Origin: Scandinavium lactucae
GTDB lineage: Bacteria; Pseudomonadota; Gammaproteobacteria; Enterobacterales; Enterobacteriaceae
Reading direction: 5' to 3'
Length of the DNA: 24,000 nucleotides
Assembly (NCBI RefSeq): GCF_033843265.1
Contig: NZ_JAWXRD010000001.1
Coordinates: 176,099-200,098, forward strand
Shown: piece by piece, positions 17,319 through 24,000 of the stretch
Position numbering within the stretch: the first letter of the stretch is position 1
How the letters are laid out: every line of letters starts with the position of its first letter
Notes under the pieces: model-generated
What the model saw: only the letters and a program-made list of their open reading frames with translations
Told to the model about the DNA's origin: nothing
Databases searched by the model: none
Made by a program: the position numbers and the translations under genes

Positions 17319-17350
17319 TGCCCGGCGGCGCACAGCTTGCCGGGCCTACG
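17319..17350. repeat. REP (repetitive extragenic palindrome) unit in the deoB-deoD spacer
   Basis: TGCCCGGCGGCGCACAGCTTGCCGGGCCTACG, with GCCCGGC (17320-17326) pairing with GCCGGGC (17339-17345). It has the typical enterobacterial REP form ending GCCTAC. A second small hairpin, CCGGGT/ACCCGG, lies at 17361-17377. Confidence 0.65.
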
Positions 17351-17403
17351 GTTTTGTATACCGGGTTCGCTACCCGGATAATAAACATAAAAAGGATAGA
17401 AAG

Positions 17404-18126
17404 ATGGCAACTCCACACATTAACGCCGAGATGGGTGATTTCGCAGACGTCGTACTGATGCCGGGCGATCCCCTGCGTGCGAAGCATATCGCTGAAACGT
17501 TCCTCGAAGATGTGCGCGAAGTGAACAACGTGCGCGGCATGCTGGGTTTTACCGGAACCTATAAGGGCCGTAAAATTTCCGTCATGGGCCACGGCATGGG
17601 CATCCCGTCCTGCTCCATCTACACCAAAGAGCTGATCACCGATTTCGGCGTGAAGAAAATCATTCGTGTGGGTTCCTGCGGCGCTGTGCGCATGGACGTA
17701 AAACTGCGCGACGTAGTTATCGGCATGGGTGCCTGCACCGATTCCAAAGTGAACCGTATGCGTTTCAAAGATCACGACTTTGCGGCGATCGCTGACTTCG
17801 GCATGGTGCGTAACGCGGTTGATGCGGCGAAAGCGCTGGGCGTTGATGCGCGCGTCGGCAACATCTTCTCTGCTGACCTGTTCTATTCTCCAGACGGCGG
17901 CGAAATGTTCGACGTGATGGAAAAATACGGCATTCTGGGCGTCGAAATGGAAGCCGCCGGTATCTACGGCGTTGCGGCGGAGTTCGGTGCCAAAGCCCTG
18001 ACCATCTGCACCGTGTCTGACCATATCCGTACTCATGAGCAGACCACTGCTGCTGAGCGCCAGACCACCTTTAACGACATGATTAAAATCGCGCTGGAAT
18101 CCGTTCTGCTGGGCGATAAAGAGTAA
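17404..18126 (+). CDS. deoD: Purine nucleoside phosphorylase DeoD-type
   Basis: ATG 17404 is preceded by AAGGA. 240 aa, [27 protein letters not shown]..., collinear with E. coli DeoD. Confidence 0.97.
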   Translation: MATPHINAEMGDFADVVLMPGDPLRAKHIAETFLEDVREVNNVRGMLGFTGTYKGRKISVMGHGMGIPSCSIYTKELITDFGVKKIIRVGSCGAVRMDVKLRDVVIGMGACTDSKVNRMRFKDHDFAAIADFGMVRNAVDAAKALGVDARVGNIFSADLFYSPDGGEMFDVMEKYGILGVEMEAAGIYGVAAEFGAKALTICTVSDHIRTHEQTTAAERQTTFNDMIKIALESVLLGDKE

Positions 18127-18134
18127 TATCGTTT

Positions 18135-18174
18135 GTGCCGGGTGGCGGCTTCGCCTTGCCCGGCCTATCTTTTC
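18135..18174. repeat. REP-like palindrome serving as the probable deo operon terminator (shared convergent spacer with lplA)
   Basis: GCCGGG (18137-18142) pairs with CCCGGC (18159-18164), with an inner GGCG/CGCC stem, followed by CTATCTTTTCG. It occupies nearly the whole 49-nt deoD-lplA spacer. Confidence 0.6.
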
Positions 18175-18175
18175 G

Positions 18176-19192
18176 TTATCTCAACGCCTTTGCAATCCAC
18201 GCCGACAATTCTCGCAGCTCTTTTTCCTGTTCCGGGAAATCCACTACCAGTGCATCACACGCCTGTTGCAGTACATCGGCGCGATACAGGCAGCCCTGTA
18301 AACGTGCGGCTAGCGCTTCAAGCGGCGCGGGATTGAGGCTGTCGGTAAAGACCTGCGTGCGGGTAATTCGCCCTTTTTCAACGTCAAAATGCAGCTCAAC
18401 GCCGCCCCAGGTAAAGCGCTCATCCAGCAGGTGGGAGAAGGCCGGAGCCTGACCGAAATTCCACTCCCAACTGCTTTGCCGGGCAAAGGTTTCTGCGAAG
18501 TTAGGCAGGTCGGGGGCCTTATCCGGAGAGATGATTTCCGCCGCCACCCGCTCGCCATAATGGGCGAAAAAGGCTTCGGTCACCGCGTCGCAAATCTGTT
18601 GATGGGTAATACCTGGCAGCAGCTCTGTCAGGTTGGCCACCCGACCCCGCACGGAGGTAATGCCTTTCGCCTGGAGCTTTTTCTTGTCGGGATTCAGGTA
18701 GTTGGCCAGGCGGCTGAGGTCGGCATTCAGCAGCAATGTACCGTGGTGAAAGCCGCGATCCATGGTTTCGCGATAGGCTGAGCCGGAGACTTTGCGATCG
18801 CCCTCGGGGGTTTTCACCACCAGGTCGTTGCGCCCGGAGGCGTCAGCGTCAATCCCTAGCGCATTCAGCGCATTGAGCACGATAGCGGTAGAAATGGTTT
18901 TGTCGTACTCCGGCTTCCCTGCCATAAAGGTAAAACAGGTATTACCAAGGTCATGGAACACCGCGCCGCCGCCGCTGCTGCGACGCGCCAGGCGCACGTT
19001 GTCTTCTTCCATACGCCGGGTGTTGCACTCTTTCCACGGGTTTTGCGCCCGGCCAATTACCACCGTATCGGCGTTACGCCACAGGAACAGCACCCGCTGG
19101 GTAGCGGGCATTTGGCGGAAAATACACTCTTCAACCGCCAGGTTAAACCATGGATCGTATGAATCAGAGATAAGCAGACGCAGGGTCGACAT
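18176..19192 (-). CDS. lplA: Lipoate-protein ligase A
   Basis: The true start is ATG 19192 ([40 protein letters not shown]...), 338 aa as in E. coli LplA. The ORF-track extension to 19237 is rejected. Confidence 0.96.
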   Translation of the reverse strand: MSTLRLLISDSYDPWFNLAVEECIFRQMPATQRVLFLWRNADTVVIGRAQNPWKECNTRRMEEDNVRLARRSSGGGAVFHDLGNTCFTFMAGKPEYDKTISTAIVLNALNALGIDADASGRNDLVVKTPEGDRKVSGSAYRETMDRGFHHGTLLLNADLSRLANYLNPDKKKLQAKGITSVRGRVANLTELLPGITHQQICDAVTEAFFAHYGERVAAEIISPDKAPDLPNFAETFARQSSWEWNFGQAPAFSHLLDERFTWGGVELHFDVEKGRITRTQVFTDSLNPAPLEALAARLQGCLYRADVLQQACDALVVDFPEQEKELRELSAWIAKALR

Positions 19193-19208
19193 GGCAGATT
19201 TCCTTTCC

Positions 19209-19859
19209 TTAATTATTATCGTTCTTTTCGCCGTCATCTTCTTCCGGCACGGACTTGCTGGCGGTGAGTAAGAACGGCGACTGCTGCCAACGGGTGCGTT
19301 TTCCCTGCAACAGTGTGCGGGTCAGTACCACACCGATCGCCAGCGAAAGCAGGAGCATCAGGCGCAAAATGTTGGTGGTGTTATCGACCTGTTTGGCTTC
19401 CGTCGGTAGCGTATGGGTATCGAGCGTCAGGCGCAGGTAGCCGAGCGGTTCATTCTTGCCCTGAATAGGTTCGACGATCTGCTGATTAAAATAGCCCCCG
19501 GCTTTTTTACCGTCGAGCGCCAAACGGTCGCGGACGTTAACGCGTTCACCGGCGTGGGTCACCAGGTCGCCCTGTTCGTCATACACGCTGGCATCCAGCA
19601 GGCGGCTGTTGGTGGTCAACTGAACCAGCAGCTGATTAATTTTTTTCTCATCAGGTGTCTCTGAGCGCATTAATGGCGCAAGGTTCAGCGTAACCTGATG
19701 GGCCAGCGAGCGTGCCAGTTCCTCCATCTGCGGATCCCGCAGGCGCTGGTGGCTTTGACTGAACCACGACGCCCCTTGCATCAGGGCGACCAGCAGGGCG
19801 AGACAGATAAGAACGATCACGGCGCGATGCAGCCGAAATTTGATTTTTGCGCGAACCAT
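19209..19859 (-). CDS. ytjB: Inner-membrane protein YtjB (Smp)
   Basis: 216 aa, [35 protein letters not shown]... It has an N-terminal TM segment and a C-terminal TM segment and is collinear with E. coli Smp. It lies 16 nt upstream of lplA. Confidence 0.88.
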   Translation of the reverse strand: MVRAKIKFRLHRAVIVLICLALLVALMQGASWFSQSHQRLRDPQMEELARSLAHQVTLNLAPLMRSETPDEKKINQLLVQLTTNSRLLDASVYDEQGDLVTHAGERVNVRDRLALDGKKAGGYFNQQIVEPIQGKNEPLGYLRLTLDTHTLPTEAKQVDNTTNILRLMLLLSLAIGVVLTRTLLQGKRTRWQQSPFLLTASKSVPEEDDGEKNDNN

Positions 19860-19963
19860 ATTCCACCTTTGAAAATTTGCAGCTTAATGTTGCCAGAAGC
19901 GGCGGATACAGGGTAGCCTCATGCGTTATTTTCCCTGGCTGAATCTTAATGAGTGGAGCCGTA

Positions 19964-20935
19964 ATGCCGAACAGTTTGACCTGGTGCGACCTGCCCGATG
20001 ATGTCTCTTTGTGGCCTGGACTGCCGCTGTCCTTAAGCGGCGATGAGGTCATGCCTCTGGACTATCATGCCGGGCGCAGCGGCTGGCTGCTTTACGGCCG
20101 TCGTCTCGACAAGCAGCGTCTGACCGATTACCAGCACAAACTGGGCGCGGCGATGGTGATTGTCGCCGCTTGGTGCGTTGAAGATTACCAGGTTATCCGC
20201 CTGGCAGGCTCGCTCACGCCGCGCGCGACGCGTCTGGCACATGATGACGGGCTGGACGTGGCACCGCTGGGGAAAATCCCGCATCTGCGCACCCCGGGAT
20301 TGCTGGTGATGGATATGGATTCGACCGCGATTCAGATTGAATGCATCGATGAAATCGCCAAGCTGGCGGGCACCGGCGAACAGGTGTCCGAAGTCACCGA
20401 ACGTGCGATGCGCGGCGAGCTTGATTTCACCGCCAGCCTACGCCAGCGTGTCGGCACCCTGAAAGGAGCGGATGCCGATATTCTTCGTCAGGTACGTGAC
20501 TCATTGCCGCTGATGCCGGGCCTCGCGTCGCTGGTGCTGAAGCTGGAAACGCTCGGCTGGAAAGTGGCGATTGCCTCCGGTGGCTTCACTTTCTTTGCCG
20601 ATTATCTGCGGGACAAACTCCGTCTGACGGCGGCGGTTGCCAACGAACTGGAAATCCGCGACGGCGTGCTGACCGGCAATGTGATAGGCGATATCGTCGA
20701 TGCACAATACAAAGCCAACACCCTGAAAAGCCTGGCGGAAACTTACGAAATCCCGGCGGCACAAACCGTCGCGATTGGCGATGGTGCCAACGACCTGCCG
20801 ATGATCAAGGCGGCGGGCCTGGGCATCGCCTATCATGCCAAACCGAAAGTTAACGAGCAGACGGAAATCACCATCCGTCACGCTGACCTGATGGGCGTGT
20901 TCTGCATACTCTCCGGCAGCCTGAATCAAAAATAA
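19964..20935 (+). CDS. serB: Phosphoserine phosphatase
   Basis: ATG 19964 is preceded by GGAG. 323 aa, MPNSLTWCDLPDDVSLWPGLPLSLSGDEVMPLDYH..., with HAD motifs DMDSTAI and GDGANDL. Confidence 0.96.
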   Translation: MPNSLTWCDLPDDVSLWPGLPLSLSGDEVMPLDYHAGRSGWLLYGRRLDKQRLTDYQHKLGAAMVIVAAWCVEDYQVIRLAGSLTPRATRLAHDDGLDVAPLGKIPHLRTPGLLVMDMDSTAIQIECIDEIAKLAGTGEQVSEVTERAMRGELDFTASLRQRVGTLKGADADILRQVRDSLPLMPGLASLVLKLETLGWKVAIASGGFTFFADYLRDKLRLTAAVANELEIRDGVLTGNVIGDIVDAQYKANTLKSLAETYEIPAAQTVAIGDGANDLPMIKAAGLGIAYHAKPKVNEQTEITIRHADLMGVFCILSGSLNQK

Positions 20936-20944
20936 GAGGTCAAC

Positions 20945-22327
20945 GTGGCGAAAGCACCCAAACGCGCATTTGTCTGTAACGAGTGTGGCGCGGATTATCC
21001 GCGTTGGCAGGGACAGTGCAGCGCCTGTCATGCCTGGAACACGATTACTGAGATGCGCATTGCCGCTTCGCCCACCGTTGCGCGCAACGAACGTCTGAGC
21101 GGTTATGCGGGCAGCTCCGGCGCGTCGAAAGTCCAGAAGCTGTCTGACATCAGCCTGGAAGAGCTGCCGCGTTTCTCCACCGGATTTAAAGAATTTGACC
21201 GTGTCCTCGGCGGCGGTGTGGTGCCGGGCAGTGCCATCCTGATTGGTGGCAACCCGGGGGCGGGGAAATCCACGCTGCTGCTGCAAACGCTGTGCAAGCT
21301 TAGCGAGCAGATGAAAACCCTGTACGTGACCGGGGAAGAGTCATTACAGCAGGTGGCAATGCGCGCGCATCGCCTCGGTTTGCCCGCTTCGAATCTCAAC
21401 ATGCTGTCAGAAACCAGCATTGAGCAGATTTGCCAGATTGCCGATGAAGAGCAGCCGAAGCTGATGGTGATTGACTCCATCCAGGTGATGCACATGGCGG
21501 ACGTTCAGTCGTCGCCGGGCAGCGTGGCGCAGGTGCGTGAGAGCGCGGCCTATCTGACGCGCTTCGCCAAAACGCGCGGCGTGGCGATCGTGATGGTCGG
21601 TCACGTCACCAAAGATGGCTCGCTGGCAGGCCCGAAAGTGCTCGAGCACTGTATCGACTGTTCGGTACTGCTGGATGGCGATGCCGATTCCCGTTTCCGC
21701 ACTCTGCGTAGCCATAAAAACCGCTTCGGCGCGGTTAATGAACTCGGCGTTTTCGCCATGACCGAACAGGGCCTGCGTGAAGTCAGCAACCCGTCGGCGA
21801 TTTTCTTAAGCCGTGGTGATGAAGTGACGTCCGGCAGTTCGGTGATGGTGGTCTGGGAAGGCACGCGCCCGCTGCTGGTCGAGATCCAGGCGCTGGTCGA
21901 TCAGTCGATGATGGGCAACCCGCGTCGTGTCGCGGTGGGGCTGGAGCAAAACCGTCTGTCAATTCTGCTGGCGGTATTGCATCGCCACGGCGGGTTGCAG
22001 ATGTTCGACCAGGACGTGTTCGTCAACGTGGTCGGCGGGGTGAAAGTTACCGAAACCAGCGCCGACCTGGCGCTGCTGATGGCGATGGTCTCCAGCCTGC
22101 GCGACAGGCCGTTGCCGCAGGATCTGGTGGTGTTTGGTGAGGTTGGCCTGTCCGGGGAAATTCGCCCGGTGCCAAGCGGTCAGGAACGTATCTCCGAAGC
22201 GGCGAAACACGGTTTCCGCCGCGCCATCGTGCCTGCGGCCAACGTTCCCAAAAAAATCCCTGAAGGAATGAAAGTCTTTGGCGTTAAGAAGCTTTCTGAC
22301 GCTCTAAATGTCTTTGACGACTTATAA
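20945..22327 (+). CDS. radA: DNA repair protein RadA (Sms)
   Basis: GTG start 9 nt after the serB stop, with GAGG upstream. 460 aa. It has the N-terminal zinc finger CNECGADYPRWQGQCSAC, Walker A GNPGAGKST, the KNRFG motif and a Lon-like C-terminal domain. Confidence 0.96.
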   Translation: MAKAPKRAFVCNECGADYPRWQGQCSACHAWNTITEMRIAASPTVARNERLSGYAGSSGASKVQKLSDISLEELPRFSTGFKEFDRVLGGGVVPGSAILIGGNPGAGKSTLLLQTLCKLSEQMKTLYVTGEESLQQVAMRAHRLGLPASNLNMLSETSIEQICQIADEEQPKLMVIDSIQVMHMADVQSSPGSVAQVRESAAYLTRFAKTRGVAIVMVGHVTKDGSLAGPKVLEHCIDCSVLLDGDADSRFRTLRSHKNRFGAVNELGVFAMTEQGLREVSNPSAIFLSRGDEVTSGSSVMVVWEGTRPLLVEIQALVDQSMMGNPRRVAVGLEQNRLSILLAVLHRHGGLQMFDQDVFVNVVGGVKVTETSADLALLMAMVSSLRDRPLPQDLVVFGEVGLSGEIRPVPSGQERISEAAKHGFRRAIVPAANVPKKIPEGMKVFGVKKLSDALNVFDDL

Positions 22328-22359
22328 TACAAAGCATTACTCAATTGCAGGAGGCATTC

Positions 22360-23592
22360 ATGTCGTCATTTGACTACATCAAAACCGCAATTCGCCAGAA
22401 GGGCTGCACTTTGCAGCAGGTGGCGGATGCCAGCGGAATGACCAAAGGCTACCTTAGCCAGTTGCTGAATGCCAAAATCAAAAGCCCCAGTGCGCAGAAG
22501 CTGGAAGCGCTGCACCGCTTTCTGGGGCTAGAGTTTCCGCGCCAACAGAAAAACATCGGCGTGGTGTTTGGTAAGTTCTATCCGCTGCACACCGGGCATA
22601 TTTATCTGATTCAGCGTGCCGTCAGCCAGGTTGACGAGCTGCACATCATTATGGGCTATGACGAAACGCGCGATCGCGCCCTGTTCGAAGATAGTGCCAT
22701 GTCGCAACAGCCGACGGTGTCTGACCGTCTGCGCTGGCTGTTGCAAACCTTTAAATACCAAAAAAATATTCGTATTCATGCCTTTAACGAAGAGGGCATG
22801 GAGCCGTATCCGCACGGCTGGGACGTGTGGAGCAACGGGGTGAAGGCGTTTATGGAAGAGAAGGGCATTCAGCCCAACACCATTTACACTTCGGAAGAAG
22901 CCGACGCCCCGCAGTTCCGCGAGCACTTAGGCACCGAGACGGTGCTTATCGATCCGCAGCGGACGTTTATGAACATCAGCGGCTCGCAAATCCGTGAAAA
23001 CCCGTCCCGCTACTGGGAATACATCCCGACGGAAGTTAAACCGTTCTTCGTGCGGACGGTGGCGATTTTAGGCGGCGAATCGAGCGGCAAATCAACGCTG
23101 GTCAACAAGCTCGCCAACATCTTCAACACCACCAGCGCCTGGGAATATGGCCGCGATTATGTCTTCTCCCATCTCGGCGGGGACGAAATGGCGCTGCAAT
23201 ATTCTGATTATGACAAAATCGCCCTCGGCCACGCGCAGTACATTGATTTTGCAGTCAAGTACGCCAATAAAGTGGCGTTCATCGATACCGATTTTGTCAC
23301 CACTCAGGCGTTCTGTAAAAAGTACGAAGGCCGCGAGCATCCGTTCGTGCAGGCGCTGATTGACGAATACCGTTTTGATCTGGTTATCCTGCTGGAAAAT
23401 AATACCCCGTGGGTGGCCGATGGCCTACGCAGTCTCGGCAGTTCGGTGGACAGAAAAGAGTTCCAGACCATGCTGGAAGAGATGCTCCATGAAAACAATA
23501 TTGAGTACGTTCACGTGGAAGAACCGGATTACGACGCGCGCTTCCTGCGCTGTGTTGAACTGGTGAAGCAGATGATGGGTGAGCAGGGCTAA
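22360..23592 (+). CDS. nadR: Trifunctional NadR (HTH repressor / NMN adenylyltransferase / ribosylnicotinamide kinase)
   Basis: ATG 22360 is preceded by AGGAGG (the ORF-track TTG 22345 is rejected). 410 aa. It has the HTH segment LQQVADASGMTKGYLSQLL, GKFYPLHTGH and the P-loop GGESSGKST. Confidence 0.96.
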   Translation: MSSFDYIKTAIRQKGCTLQQVADASGMTKGYLSQLLNAKIKSPSAQKLEALHRFLGLEFPRQQKNIGVVFGKFYPLHTGHIYLIQRAVSQVDELHIIMGYDETRDRALFEDSAMSQQPTVSDRLRWLLQTFKYQKNIRIHAFNEEGMEPYPHGWDVWSNGVKAFMEEKGIQPNTIYTSEEADAPQFREHLGTETVLIDPQRTFMNISGSQIRENPSRYWEYIPTEVKPFFVRTVAILGGESSGKSTLVNKLANIFNTTSAWEYGRDYVFSHLGGDEMALQYSDYDKIALGHAQYIDFAVKYANKVAFIDTDFVTTQAFCKKYEGREHPFVQALIDEYRFDLVILLENNTPWVADGLRSLGSSVDRKEFQTMLEEMLHENNIEYVHVEEPDYDARFLRCVELVKQMMGEQG

Positions 23593-23597
23593 ATAAA

Positions 23598-23629
23598 AAA
23601 GCCGGGCGCGTTGAACGTCGCCCGGCTTT
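23598..23629. terminator. Bidirectional intrinsic terminator between nadR and ettA
   Basis: AAA-GCCGGGCG (23601-23608) pairs with CGCCCGGC (23619-23626)-TTT. An A-run precedes it and a T-run follows, so both strands read hairpin plus U-tract (the minus strand gives ...GCCCGGCTTTTTTATTT). A second small hairpin, GCCCCG/CGGGGC, lies at 23637-23652. Confidence 0.75.
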
Positions 23630-23660
23630 GTCATCTGCCCCGTTTCCGGGGCAATAACTA

Positions 23661-24000
23661 TTACTTCGAAATACGCTTGTACTTGATACGCTTAGGCTCC
23701 AGCGCATCTGCGCCGAGGGTGCGTTTCTTGTACTCTTCGTATTCGGTGAAGTTACCTTCGAAGAACTCAACTTTACCTTCATCCTGGTAATCCAGAATGT
23801 GGGTGGCGATACGGTCGAGGAACCAACGGTCGTGCGAGATAACCATCGCGCAGCCCGGGAACTCCAGCAGGGCGTTTTCCAGCGCGCGCAGGGTTTCGAT
23901 ATCCAGGTCGTTGGTCGGCTCATCGAGCAGCAGCATGTTACCGCCAACCTGCAGCAGTTTCGCCAGATGCAGACGGCCACGCTCACCACCGGACAGTTCG
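23661..24000 (-). CDS. ettA: Energy-dependent translational throttle ABC-F ATPase EttA (YjjK), 3' portion only (5' end beyond the window)
   Basis: The minus-strand frame reads ...ELSGGERGRLHLAKLLQVGGNMLLLDEPTNDLDIETLRALE...KRIKYKRISK*. It contains the ABC signature LSGGE and Walker B LLLDEP. The gene is truncated by the window edge. Confidence 0.9.
   Translation of the reverse strand, partial: ELSGGERGRLHLAKLLQVGGNMLLLDEPTNDLDIETLRALENALLEFPGCAMVISHDRWFLDRIATHILDYQDEGKVEFFEGNFTEYEEYKKRTLGADALEPKRIKYKRISK

Noticed and set aside
23384-23989. 201-aa minus-strand ORF spanning the nadR 3' end, the terminator and ettA in a different frame
   Set aside because: It crosses a strong bidirectional terminator and is out of frame with the clearly recognisable EttA C-terminus, so it is spurious.

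Overview
This is an ordinary core-chromosome window from an Enterobacteriaceae genome. It is collinear with the E. coli K-12 leuQPV-deo-nadR region as I remember it. Gene order: GGDEF diguanylate cyclase (-), yjjZ-like small membrane protein (+), three tRNA-Leu(CAG) genes (-), rsmC (-), holD, rimI, yjjG, prfC, osmY, ytjA, yjjU, yjjV (+), a NupC/NupX-family nucleoside transporter (+), yjjW and yjjI (-), deoC-deoA-deoB-deoD (+), lplA and ytjB/smp (-), serB, radA, nadR (+), and the 3' part of ettA (-, runs off the window). All 24 protein genes look intact, with lengths close to those I recall for the E. coli orthologues. I see no transposase, integrase, prophage, CRISPR array, toxin-antitoxin pair or defence-island signature. 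I found no evidence for a wholly new multi-gene system, and most of the window is ordinary housekeeping DNA. Five things deserve a second look. (1) The orphan glycyl-radical enzyme pair yjjI-yjjW sits between a nucleoside transporter and the deo operon. (2) Three DeoR-type operators are spaced 279 and 568 bp apart, and two of them, plus a deoP1-like -10, lie inside the yjjI coding sequence on the opposite strand. (3) A CRP - CytR-like palindrome - CRP - DeoR operator layout precedes deoC, and the same CRP half-sites precede the transporter gene. (4) An ERIC/IRU element lies between deoC and deoA. (5) A Fur-box array precedes the yjjZ-like gene, next to an AT-richer GGDEF gene. Compared with E. 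coli K-12 from memory, this window has the cyclase where fhuF sits, an extra transporter gene between yjjV and yjjW, and no yjjJ between deoD and lplA. All orthology statements rest on my recall of protein sequences and motifs. No database search was run.
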